Shown piece after piece: positions 27,166 to 35,949 of a stretch of DNA of 64,000 nucleotides (position 1 is the stretch's first letter; each line of letters begins with the position of its first letter). The DNA comes from Candidatus Aminicenantes bacterium (GTDB lineage: Bacteria > Acidobacteriota > Aminicenantia > UBA2199). The stretch spans positions 14,974-78,973 of the forward strand of contig DAOWCY010000002.1 in the NCBI GenBank assembly GCA_030639305.1. Direction: 5' to 3'. Under the pieces are notes generated by a model that searched no databases, was not told the origin of the DNA, and saw only the letters and a list, made by a program, of their open reading frames with translations. The translations under genes and the position numbers were made by a program.

Positions 27166-30157
27166 GCTCGATGTGATAGGTCCTGTCGGCACGAACATTT
27201 TTATAGGTCGAGGTTTCACCATTGGGCCAGGTGACACGAATATCTACCGCTTCTGCTTTGCCTAACCCCATATGCTGCGTCTTGGGGTCCATAGATAGGT
27301 AACCGTGACCTCCCCTGATCTCCCTCCAGGCCAGTTGCTTGCCGTCTTTAAAAGCGATAATCTTAGCGCCTATGGCATCGCGGTTGCTTTTCCCGGCAGG
27401 GTCGCCGGTAAGCTCGATCTTTATCCAATGATTCTGCAGCCGCTGGGAATTATTACGGTACACCCTGGCCGGGCCGTGGTAATTGTTCAAAACGATGTCT
27501 AAGTCGCCGTCATTGTCGAAATCTAAATAAACAGTGCTGCGCGAATTTCCCAAAAAATCAACGCCGCTCTCTTTGGAGAAATTCAGCAATTTGCCGCCCT
27601 GGTTGACAAAAAAAACATTGGACTCTTTCTCATAAACAGGCAGCCGGATTTCACGCTTCTCTTTAAAAACGCTGGTGTAATAGGGGGTGTCTGAATAAAC
27701 GCTGTATTCGTTCATGCCGTTGACACAGTACAGGTCGTCATCGCCGTCATTATCGAAATCGAAAAAATCCGCGTCCCAGGACCAGCCGGTGGATGAGAAT
27801 CCCCTGCCCACTAAGTCGGAGAGAACGTAAGATGGCAGTTTCCCGGCACCGGTACTTCCGCCGTCACTTTTGGATAGGAAAAGATCATTGGCTTCGATGA
27901 CCCTCATGCGGCCTAATTTGGCCGGATCGAATTTCATGGTAGTGTTTGCCCCGGGCAGCACGTATTTTTCATCCTTAACCATGGTGACGATGTTGGAGAT
28001 ATAGATGTCGGGATAACCGTCGCGGTTCAGGTCGGTAATGCCTACATTCATAGTAAAAGAAGGTTTGTCCGTGCCTAAAACCGGGGCCACATTCTCAAAA
28101 GTGCCGTCGCCGCGGTTACGGTAATACACATTGACACCGAAATCGTTGCCCACGATAATATCCTGCCAACCGTCTAAATCGAAGTCCGTATGAGAAAGCG
28201 CCTGTCCCCAACCGGTATTGCCTACTCCAGCTTTCCCGGTTACGTCTTCAAAACGCATGTTCCCTTTGTTCCTGAAGAGTTTGTTGGGCAGGGCATTAAG
28301 ATTACTGCGGCTCAAGTTCGGCAGCTTGCCGTGGAGATAATCGCCGAAATAAGCGATGTAAATATCCAACAGGCCGTCCCGGTCATAATCGAATACTGCG
28401 GCAGGTCCACCCACAAGACCTTTACCGCCAAGTCCGCCGGCAGCGGAGACATCGACAAATTTCCCTTTGCCGCGGTTTTTGTACAATTTGTGGTTGTCGT
28501 TTGCATAGGTGATCAAAATGTCCTGGAGACCGTCGTTATCGAAGTCGGCTATAATAGGCTGCCGCGGTTCTCCAAAAGAACCGTCCGGGCGGCGGAACAC
28601 AATGCCCGCCTCCGCGGTGACGTCGCGGAAACGTCCTGTGCCGTCTCCTATATAAAGCGCATTGCCGGAACCGCTTAATAAAAGCAGATCAGGTATGCCG
28701 TCCCGGTTGACATCCCCGGCGGCGGCCCCGGAACCGCCAAAAGCAGGAGGAACCGAAAGGGTGCCGACGGTGGCGCTTTTCTTGAGGTAGCTGCGCAGCA
28801 GGCGGCTGAGCCAGTCGGAAGAACGGTGTTCAAAGACAATACCCGCTGCTTCGGTGACATCGCTGAAATAGGTTTTACCGCCGGATAGGCGGGTGACATT
28901 TTGGCTGGACACTAAGCTGCCGGCAGGTTTATCACCGGGTTTTACTTTGCTGTGTGCTAAAATCCGCCGCTGCACCTCTTGCAGCGCCTTTTCTAAATGC
29001 GCGGTTTTGAGCATTCTCTCACCCTCTTTTTTGGCAGTATCCCCGGCAAGCCGTAAAACCAGGACGCCGAACTGGGCAATGCCTTCGGCCAGGAATTCGG
29101 CGGCAAAAGGATCAGGTTCGATAGATAATTCAGCACTGTGGTCCTGGATGGCAAATTGCAGATAACGCCAATGAATACCGCTGTCGCGGAAGGCATCACA
29201 ATCGTAGGATTCGATGGTCAGGCTGCCTGAACGCTGCAGCCGGGGAAAAAAGATAACATCTTCGTATTCATTAATATCAAAGGGGACAAATGATTGCCAC
29301 ATCTGCTCTACATCGTCCTCGCGGATAAAGGGGCGACCTTTAGCCGCGGCAATTTTTCCGGCATATTTTAAACTGTCGAAAGCAAAAGCCACCATAGCTT
29401 CGGTGAAAAGGTTCTTGAACTTTTGCCCTTCACCCGCGTCGGCGGGCCACCTGTGCCGGGCAAAATAAACTTGCAGGTTCCTCAAAAACACCTGCATCGA
29501 AATCTTATTGTAAGCTTCATAAGATTTGACCTTCTGTGCGATTATTTTTTGGATGGTGGCGAACTTGACAGCCGGTTCCAGGGAGGCTTGTTTTGCCGGT
29601 TGGAGCGGGGATTTCCAAAAATCCGCGTAGGCAAGCTGCTGCCGGGAGACCGAGTTCTGCACGTTATTCCAGGCTTCCCGGAAAACCTGGGGGGTAAGCG
29701 TATACAAGTCGGAAAGTCGCGCCTGCCGGTCAGCCAGTTGTAATACGGTTAAGGTAAAAATATCGACAAATTCTTTCAGAGCGGCGATACTGGGCTGATC
29801 TAAGGGTATCAGGTAAACATCCGTGCGTAACAGCATCTCCTGCTGCAGCGCCAGGATGGCCCGCAGCGCATAAGCGATACTGCCATAATGATCCATATCA
29901 CGTTTGGACAGGGTGATGGGTTCTTTATGGCGCTCCCCCAGGTAAATAAGTAGGGAGCCGCCGGGCTGCCGGGAATATTTTAATAACTTGCCCATCTCAT
30001 CACGAAAATAATCTACCGGGGCCTTTGCGGATTCCCCGGCGGTTTGTTCGGTATCGGAAACCTTTTTCCACAAATGCAGCAGCAGTTTCTTTTGCAGCTC
30101 TACCTTCAAAAACCGCGTTTCAGGAGCAAGTTTTGTGCCGTACATAAAATTTTCCAA
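27122..30157 (-). CDS. Large FG-GAP/VCBS-repeat protein with a C-terminal ASPIC/UnbV domain (CRTAC1 family) and an unknown 450-aa N-terminal domain
   Basis: Repeated Ca-binding-like DxDxDG loops (FDFDNDGDDDLYCVNG, DYDRDGLLDIYIAYFG, DFDNDGLQDIL). The C-terminus IRVTWPNGETSTYKNV is ASPIC/UnbV-like. 1011 aa. Confidence 0.75.
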   Translation of the reverse strand: MENFMYGTKLAPETRFLKVELQKKLLLHLWKKVSDTEQTAGESAKAPVDYFRDEMGKLLKYSRQPGGSLLIYLGERHKEPITLSKRDMDHYGSIAYALRAILALQQEMLLRTDVYLIPLDQPSIAALKEFVDIFTLTVLQLADRQARLSDLYTLTPQVFREAWNNVQNSVSRQQLAYADFWKSPLQPAKQASLEPAVKFATIQKIIAQKVKSYEAYNKISMQVFLRNLQVYFARHRWPADAGEGQKFKNLFTEAMVAFAFDSLKYAGKIAAAKGRPFIREDDVEQMWQSFVPFDINEYEDVIFFPRLQRSGSLTIESYDCDAFRDSGIHWRYLQFAIQDHSAELSIEPDPFAAEFLAEGIAQFGVLVLRLAGDTAKKEGERMLKTAHLEKALQEVQRRILAHSKVKPGDKPAGSLVSSQNVTRLSGGKTYFSDVTEAAGIVFEHRSSDWLSRLLRSYLKKSATVGTLSVPPAFGGSGAAAGDVNRDGIPDLLLLSGSGNALYIGDGTGRFRDVTAEAGIVFRRPDGSFGEPRQPIIADFDNDGLQDILITYANDNHKLYKNRGKGKFVDVSAAGGLGGKGLVGGPAAVFDYDRDGLLDIYIAYFGDYLHGKLPNLSRSNLNALPNKLFRNKGNMRFEDVTGKAGVGNTGWGQALSHTDFDLDGWQDIIVGNDFGVNVYYRNRGDGTFENVAPVLGTDKPSFTMNVGITDLNRDGYPDIYISNIVTMVKDEKYVLPGANTTMKFDPAKLGRMRVIEANDLFLSKSDGGSTGAGKLPSYVLSDLVGRGFSSTGWSWDADFFDFDNDGDDDLYCVNGMNEYSVYSDTPYYTSVFKEKREIRLPVYEKESNVFFVNQGGKLLNFSKESGVDFLGNSRSTVYLDFDNDGDLDIVLNNYHGPARVYRNNSQRLQNHWIKIELTGDPAGKSNRDAIGAKIIAFKDGKQLAWREIRGGHGYLSMDPKTQHMGLGKAEAVDIRVTWPNGETSTYKNVRADRTYHIEQGSPAPRPRGTGSL

Positions 30158-30237
30158 CCGGGTGGCAGTGGCATGGCACTTGGGATCCCGGTTACTTTCT
30201 AATTTTTCAATCTCACAGATGGTATCCGAAACAGCAG

Positions 30238-30480
30238 CTATTTTTTTTTTCTACTTTTTCCACGGCTGATAGATTCATTACCGCCGGGAAAAATATCACC
30301 GGGAAAAGTATAAGCATTCCCGTTATTCTTATTACTTTGATAGGATGCGGACGCAGGCCGCTTATATTTTTGTTCATAACTACCTCCTCGCGCCCCCGGC
30401 AGGGGTGGTGGCGCACCAAAAGCCGGGAAATCAGAAACTCGAAACTGCGTTGTTTCAAACAATTCCAAATTGCCGGGCAT
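30238..30480 (-). CDS. Hypothetical small basic protein, frame uncertain
   Basis: 80-aa ORF with an AAGGAG RBS 12 nt upstream of ATG 30480. The alternative overlapping frame 30213-30458 has no RBS. Low complexity. Confidence 0.25.
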   Translation of the reverse strand: MPGNLELFETTQFRVSDFPAFGAPPPLPGARGGSYEQKYKRPASASYQSNKNNGNAYTFPGDIFPGGNESISRGKSRKKK

Positions 30481-30528
30481 ACCCAGTAAAAACTCCTTAA
30501 GGTTTCTTTTTATTTTTATCCCCTAATT

Positions 30529-30545
30529 ATAACCTAAATGGTTAT
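30529..30545. promoter_or_regulatory. Palindromic operator-like motif ATAACCTAAATGGTTAT
   Basis: Inverted repeat ATAACC-N5-GGTTAT about 50 nt upstream of the 30480 start. A near-identical copy with flanking CCTAATTA lies at 37583-37599. Confidence 0.4.
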
Positions 30546-30744
30546 ATTTTTCAACAAAAAAATAAAATTTTTTTTAAGACGATATTTTAGCTCGCTACGC
30601 TCGCAATTGGAAAAATGGCTTGCGGATTACGGGAATGTTGGATTTGGAAGATTGGGGAAATGACCGAAAAGTCTCCCTGCCCGCGGGGGCATGGGGCAGC
30701 GAGCCCCCAGCCCCCGCAAAATCTCAAAATCTTTTAGCGAGTAC

Positions 30745-32688
30745 TTATTTTAAGATGTTTTCAATCTTTTCATCATCGGGAACAACCATTTTCTCACTGA
30801 TCTTCGCGGTAAAATAGAGGTTGCTCGAGAGATACAAAATAACAACTCCCTGCCGCAGCAGCTTGTTTATGTTCTCGATCAACCTGTTGGTAAAAGTCTG
30901 CGACATCCCTTTTTCAATCTCATTAATCAGGAAAATCTTACTCTTTTTCAACCGCGCCGGTGCAAACAATATATCACTTTTGCCGGCATCATCGAGTTCG
31001 GAAATTCCTTTTTTCCTATTGCTAATTAGGTTCTTTTTTCCGACAATTTTTTTCGCTTTCCCGGCAGGCACACGCAGTAATCTTACAAAGAAGGAGGTAA
31101 AATCCCCGACCTTTATGTCGGGGGGAATACTTTCCGGATGACATAAGTAAACGAAATCCTTCATGTTTTTCCCTCCTATTTCAAGTGCTGCGCCGTCGAT
31201 CTCTATTTTCCCGGCGAAGTCCTTACTTTTCCCGGATAAGAAATTATAGAGAAGCTCCCTGAGCTGCTGCGATGAAGTGATACAGGCGGTAACTTTTCCT
31301 GTCTTGAGTTCTATATGCAGTTTATCATACCTGCGAACCTTTTTTTCACCGATATTAAAGAGAGATTTTTTAAACCCTGAATAAGAGAACGCAAAGAGCA
31401 CTATAATATAGAAGATATTCAATGCCAGGCCCAGCCCGAAATAGCGGGGCAGTGTACTCCCGGCATAAAATAAATTTTCTTCGTCCTTCACGAAAGACTC
31501 CACTTTCTCGTGGTTGGAATAGAATTTTTTGTTCAGATAGAAGCGGATAAATTGCCGTTTCAGTTCCTGCACATAGGAGTAGAATTCGATAAAATTATTA
31601 AACCCGCGGCTGCTGATTTCATTACTTACCGACAGGTAAAATGATGTAGGGAACAGCGCAGAAAGTCTTTGAAAGCCTTCTATTCGATCTCTCATCTCAT
31701 TTATCATTTGGGTTTCCGTGGCCTGTATCTTCGCAAATTCATCTTTCCAATAGGTTTCGATCAGGGTGTGAACTTTTTCTGATTTCCTGTTTTCGGGTTT
31801 ATATCTACCTTCCTTTTCTATAGCTTTTTTCTCGAACTGAGAAAATATTTTCAATTTTTCCATTTCTAATTCGTAGGTAGAGGTGATGCTTTTCGCTTGT
31901 TGATGAACCAGGGTGTCGATAGCTGCGGTAACAAAGTAGATAGTGATAAACCAGATGACGATACAGGCAGCGGCGCTGCCGATCTTCGATTTGGAGGTTC
32001 CTAAAAAAGTTCCCACGGCAAAAAAGAACAGGACTAAAAGCAAGATGACCGACAGGTAAATAAGCAAACAGTAATAATCATTCCTGCCAAAAGAGATGCC
32101 GTTAATTTTAACCAGGCCTAATGAGAAGGCTGTTGTAAAGAGAAAAAAGAGATAAAGTAAAATGATCCTTGAAATCGAAATGCAGAGAAAAATTTTCCTA
32201 TGATGAATAAAGCTGGACAAGAATTTTAGATATTCTTTGTAACGGAAAGAGTCATATCCAAAATAAAGGGCGATAAGACTTCCCAGGATGAATATAATCC
32301 CGGAAAAGTCATTGAAGCCGTCGGCTTTTTCAACAAATAGATTTTCGCCTTTTAGAGATTTGTAAATTTTTAATCTTTCACCTGAATCCACATAGGATGT
32401 TAATTCCGATATAACGCCTGAATTATTGAACAGGACACTCAAGGGGGAAGAGATCAGTAATAACCTGAAGCCATAGGTGCCGTATTGGGTATAGTTAATA
32501 TATTGGCGAACTTTGAATTTTTCGATTTCATGGAATCTCTCTTTGTTTTTTTGTGAATCCTTATATTCACCGATTCCCGATTGGACAAAATAAGTAATTA
32601 AGAGCAGCATAATGAGCAAAAAAGCTATATTCTTTAGACGAAAGAATCTTTTTGATTCGATCGAAAAGAAAGCTTTAAATGGACTCAT
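30745..32688 (-). CDS. Polytopic membrane protein with a C-terminal cytoplasmic domain of weak ABC-ATPase-like character
   Basis: Start moved to ATG 32688 (MSPFKAFF), 1 nt after the upstream stop. There are at least 6 TM helices. The C-terminal 200 aa carry degenerate Walker-A/Q-loop-like and LINEIEKGMS Walker-B/D-loop-like segments. No canonical GxxGxGKS/T. Confidence 0.55.
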   Translation of the reverse strand: MSPFKAFFSIESKRFFRLKNIAFLLIMLLLITYFVQSGIGEYKDSQKNKERFHEIEKFKVRQYINYTQYGTYGFRLLLISSPLSVLFNNSGVISELTSYVDSGERLKIYKSLKGENLFVEKADGFNDFSGIIFILGSLIALYFGYDSFRYKEYLKFLSSFIHHRKIFLCISISRIILLYLFFLFTTAFSLGLVKINGISFGRNDYYCLLIYLSVILLLVLFFFAVGTFLGTSKSKIGSAAACIVIWFITIYFVTAAIDTLVHQQAKSITSTYELEMEKLKIFSQFEKKAIEKEGRYKPENRKSEKVHTLIETYWKDEFAKIQATETQMINEMRDRIEGFQRLSALFPTSFYLSVSNEISSRGFNNFIEFYSYVQELKRQFIRFYLNKKFYSNHEKVESFVKDEENLFYAGSTLPRYFGLGLALNIFYIIVLFAFSYSGFKKSLFNIGEKKVRRYDKLHIELKTGKVTACITSSQQLRELLYNFLSGKSKDFAGKIEIDGAALEIGGKNMKDFVYLCHPESIPPDIKVGDFTSFFVRLLRVPAGKAKKIVGKKNLISNRKKGISELDDAGKSDILFAPARLKKSKIFLINEIEKGMSQTFTNRLIENINKLLRQGVVILYLSSNLYFTAKISEKMVVPDDEKIENILK

Positions 32689-32689
32689 A

Positions 32690-33364
32690 CTACATTTCCT
32701 GTTTAATCGAGTTGAACACCTGGGCGGCGTATTGCCCATAAAGTAGGGTTTGAGCGTATTGGGAATTAATCTCCCAGAGAAGAGGTATAGAAGGAAATTT
32801 GTTTGCTTCGATTTCTTCTTTCAGCAAATTTAATTTCACTGAGATATTTTCCACATCGGATTTTAAGCGGTGAAAAATAGCCCTGATGTTTCCTTTACTT
32901 AAATCTGCTTCAACCTCATCGAAAATTTCGCTGTTCAAACCCTTTGCTACCCTGAAAGCCTTATAATCGAGGCTTTCCAATTTAGCGACGGCGATTTCGT
33001 TATAAAGTGTCGCATCCGCGGTTTCGACTAAACCGGAATAGGTTTGCCCTGCGTTTTTCATTTTTGTCAACGCGCCGTCGACCAGGATTTGCAATTCGTT
33101 AAAGCCGTAGGTTTTCGAATCCCATAATTCAACCCGGTTCAACAGGAGCACAAAGTCTGAATAAGAATCTAAGTAATAACCTGCACCCGAAACGACATAC
33201 TGCTCGAGGGTCATGGCAGAACCGGATTCTGCACTCTTTAAGGGTGAGTTAAACGCGACCGGCGCGTCGTTACCCATGATGTACGCAAAAACGCTTGTGC
33301 TGCCTGCTAAAACAAGAATAGCCAGCAGTGTTCCCAAAAGTAACTGAAATCTGTTTTTTTTCAT
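32690..33364 (-). CDS. Secreted hypothetical protein
   Basis: Signal peptide MKKNRFQLLLGTLLAILVLAGSTSVFA. 224 aa, helical. Translationally coupled to the downstream membrane protein. Confidence 0.5.
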   Translation of the reverse strand: MKKNRFQLLLGTLLAILVLAGSTSVFAYIMGNDAPVAFNSPLKSAESGSAMTLEQYVVSGAGYYLDSYSDFVLLLNRVELWDSKTYGFNELQILVDGALTKMKNAGQTYSGLVETADATLYNEIAVAKLESLDYKAFRVAKGLNSEIFDEVEADLSKGNIRAIFHRLKSDVENISVKLNLLKEEIEANKFPSIPLLWEINSQYAQTLLYGQYAAQVFNSIKQEM

Positions 33365-33799
33365 TATTTCCTCCTTTTTCAGATTTTTTTTGGTTTAGGA
33401 GTGGATTATATCAAATACGGAGGTATTTTTCAACCGTTTGGTTAAAAATAAAATAATTTATGTGACATTTGGATAAAAAACCGGGGCATGTCGTGCTCAC
33501 ATATTCAGTAAAGCACACTTGTCTTGCAGGCTATAACTGGATTATTCCGGTATGGAGTAAGAATAACGGTAAGCTTAAAAGATCCTTTCTATGCAACGAT
33601 TTGGAAAAATTTAGGCTTTCACTACTCTCCCCGGCAAAAAAAAAGCGGGAAGGATTTTCCCCGGCTTAATATCCGGGTCAAACCGCTTCCCGCTTTTGTC
33701 TTAAAGACCTTAGTGCCGTGCGTCGCACGTGCTGCGCTATTCGACGTTATCCCCCCTTGTTAGGCGGTTTCGTCTTACGCGCAAAGTCTAAAAGATCGT

Positions 33800-35440
33800 T
33801 TATTTATCTTTTTGAGATTTTTTTTCTAATTTTACGATTCTTTTGTTAAGAGAGTCGATGGTTTCCTGCTGCTTTTGCACCACTTTGGTTAACACAGCCA
33901 CTACGTCCATGGGACTCATCCCTTTTCTATCTTTACTGGCAACCAGGTCGGGAACATCTTCAGCGATGAAACCCACATGGCCGTCGCTGTCATCTTTCTT
34001 ATATTTAAACTTAACGGGAGTGAGACCTTCTAAAGTGTTCAGAGCTTCACCGGCATCGAGGTTTTCGATGTCTTTTTTATATTCCCGGCTGGAACCATTA
34101 ATCCAGTCGCCGCCGTCGCAATAAGCGCCGCCTTTTAAATGTAGTAAGTGCGAAACAGTCCCCATATCAATACCGATGCCAACCTGTCCATCAGCGGTGT
34201 CGGCGTTTAACCTCATTACCACCAAGCTATTATTTACCAGGAAATTGAGCGGTTCGGGTCCCCTGGAGCCGATCTGCACTGCGTTGCCGGCAGCAGCGAA
34301 TTTGCCCGAGATGCCGGAGGAGGTATTTTCGACCACCATGAGGCTATTGCCAGCTTCTACTACATGCAATTCGAATAGCGGGTCATCGGTGCCTATACCG
34401 ACGTTACCGTCAGAATCGATGTCGATAGAGCTGCTGGGAGCCCCGGGCCTGATCCTGAAAGGCAGCGTGGAGCCGTTGGTGGCGTCGCGGATAAAAAAGT
34501 TGGCTTCGTTACCGGCTACGTCCCAGGTCTGGGGAGTGAACCCGGATGAACCGTCCTGCTCTAAACGCAGGGTGGGTGTGTTGCCGTCTTTCACGTGGAG
34601 CTGCACCACGGGAGTGGAGGTGCCTAAACCGACCCGGCCGCCGTCGTCTACGTAGAGAGAGCTGGTGGGCGCTCCGGCTTCGACTAAAAAGGGCTTCCTA
34701 CCGCCGTCTATATCTTCTATAGCGAAATAGTTGCCCCCGCCGTTGGCGCTGTCGTTGACCGTAATTTGCCAATCGCGAGAGGGAAAAGAAGAGGTGCTGC
34801 TGGTATCCACGAACCTGATACGCAGGTTGTTCTCTTTTAACCTGATGGTATCGAAACCGAAAGACTCACCGTTTACGCAGTCCATACCGACGCAGATGCT
34901 GCCGTCTACGATAAGGTCGTCGAGGATGACCTGGTCATCCGGTAGTTCGGGGCCGTCGTCGCCCTGCACTATCGCCGGGTTTGTGTTCCGGTTCCCCTGT
35001 TTGCCGGGTTCCAGGAAACCACCGGTGACAATGGAGCCGCCGCGGACGGTAAAAGCGCCGGACTGCACTAAAGGTTCCGTGGTGCGCCTGCTATCTCTCA
35101 AACCGGGATTGCCGTCGATTTCGCCCGCTTTGCGTAACTTTACTTCATTGGGGACAAGGCGCAGTTCATAATTATAGGAGCCGTCAACGATACTGCCTTT
35201 GTTTTCCGATAAATCGAAATAGGCGCTGCCGCCGGATTCGAAGGTTTTGCTAAACACCGTGCCGTCGGGCCGGGAAACAGTCAGGAATATTTTGCCGCCG
35301 GACACTTTAGGCAGCCAATGGATGCCGTTGGAACCGACGCTCACTTCGGCCACCCGGTTGGATTCCGCCGCAGCCGAAACAGCAAAGATCAAGACTACTG
35401 CAGCACACATTACAAAAACTTTTCTTGTTTTTCTACTCAT
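33800..35440 (-). CDS. Secreted beta-helical fibre-like protein with C-terminal Peptidase_S74 intramolecular-chaperone domain (paralog 1)
   Basis: Start at ATG 35440 (MSRKTRKVFVMCAAVVLIFAVSAAA) with a GGAGG RBS. C-terminus SSREYKKDIENL...LTPVKFKYK...GHVGFIAEDVPDLV matches the autoproteolytic chaperone of endosialidase and tail-fibre proteins. Confidence 0.7.
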   Translation of the reverse strand: MSRKTRKVFVMCAAVVLIFAVSAAAESNRVAEVSVGSNGIHWLPKVSGGKIFLTVSRPDGTVFSKTFESGGSAYFDLSENKGSIVDGSYNYELRLVPNEVKLRKAGEIDGNPGLRDSRRTTEPLVQSGAFTVRGGSIVTGGFLEPGKQGNRNTNPAIVQGDDGPELPDDQVILDDLIVDGSICVGMDCVNGESFGFDTIRLKENNLRIRFVDTSSTSSFPSRDWQITVNDSANGGGNYFAIEDIDGGRKPFLVEAGAPTSSLYVDDGGRVGLGTSTPVVQLHVKDGNTPTLRLEQDGSSGFTPQTWDVAGNEANFFIRDATNGSTLPFRIRPGAPSSSIDIDSDGNVGIGTDDPLFELHVVEAGNSLMVVENTSSGISGKFAAAGNAVQIGSRGPEPLNFLVNNSLVVMRLNADTADGQVGIGIDMGTVSHLLHLKGGAYCDGGDWINGSSREYKKDIENLDAGEALNTLEGLTPVKFKYKKDDSDGHVGFIAEDVPDLVASKDRKGMSPMDVVAVLTKVVQKQQETIDSLNKRIVKLEKKSQKDK

Positions 35441-35734
35441 TTTTACCTCCTGCAGCCCATCGAACATAACCAATTTTGTTACATTGACGACTACTACTTT
35501 ATTTTTTAAAAATTTCTCAGTTTACAAAAAACACCGTCATGAACGCTAAAGACACCGTCTTTACAAATTTCTTTCATTTTTTAGGATGCAAACCGCACCC
35601 ATATAAATGCCCCACAATACCAGATTTGTTTCATTATAGATTATAAATATAACCAACAATGAAACAAATGTCAATAGGAAAAATGAAAAAAAATGTTTCC
35701 AGGTGTTTTTTTTTAGCTGCGTTTTACTAATACT

Positions 35735-35826
35735 TCGTGAAAGTTAAACAAACTTTTCGGTCAACGTGGTCGGGGATGTGTTTCCCAGGTCCCTCATAAG
35801 GTGCGGACGCCGTCTGCGTCTTGAAA
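35735..35826 (+). repeat. Family-D repeat copy
   Basis: GTGAAAGTTAAACAAACTTTTCGGTCAACGTGGTCGGGGATGTGTTTCCCAGGTCCCTCATAAGGTGCGGACGCCG is homologous to 37832-37927 and 25751-25834. It lies on the plus strand between two minus-strand genes. Confidence 0.75.
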
Positions 35827-35949
35827 TAAGGATTTAGTTATTCTTTCCCCTTAATATACAGCTTTTGATAGTATAAAAAAAAAGCGGGAAAAGCTTGCCC
35901 GGACAACATGTCCGGGCAGACCTTTACCCGCTTTTTCAACGGTTTGTTT

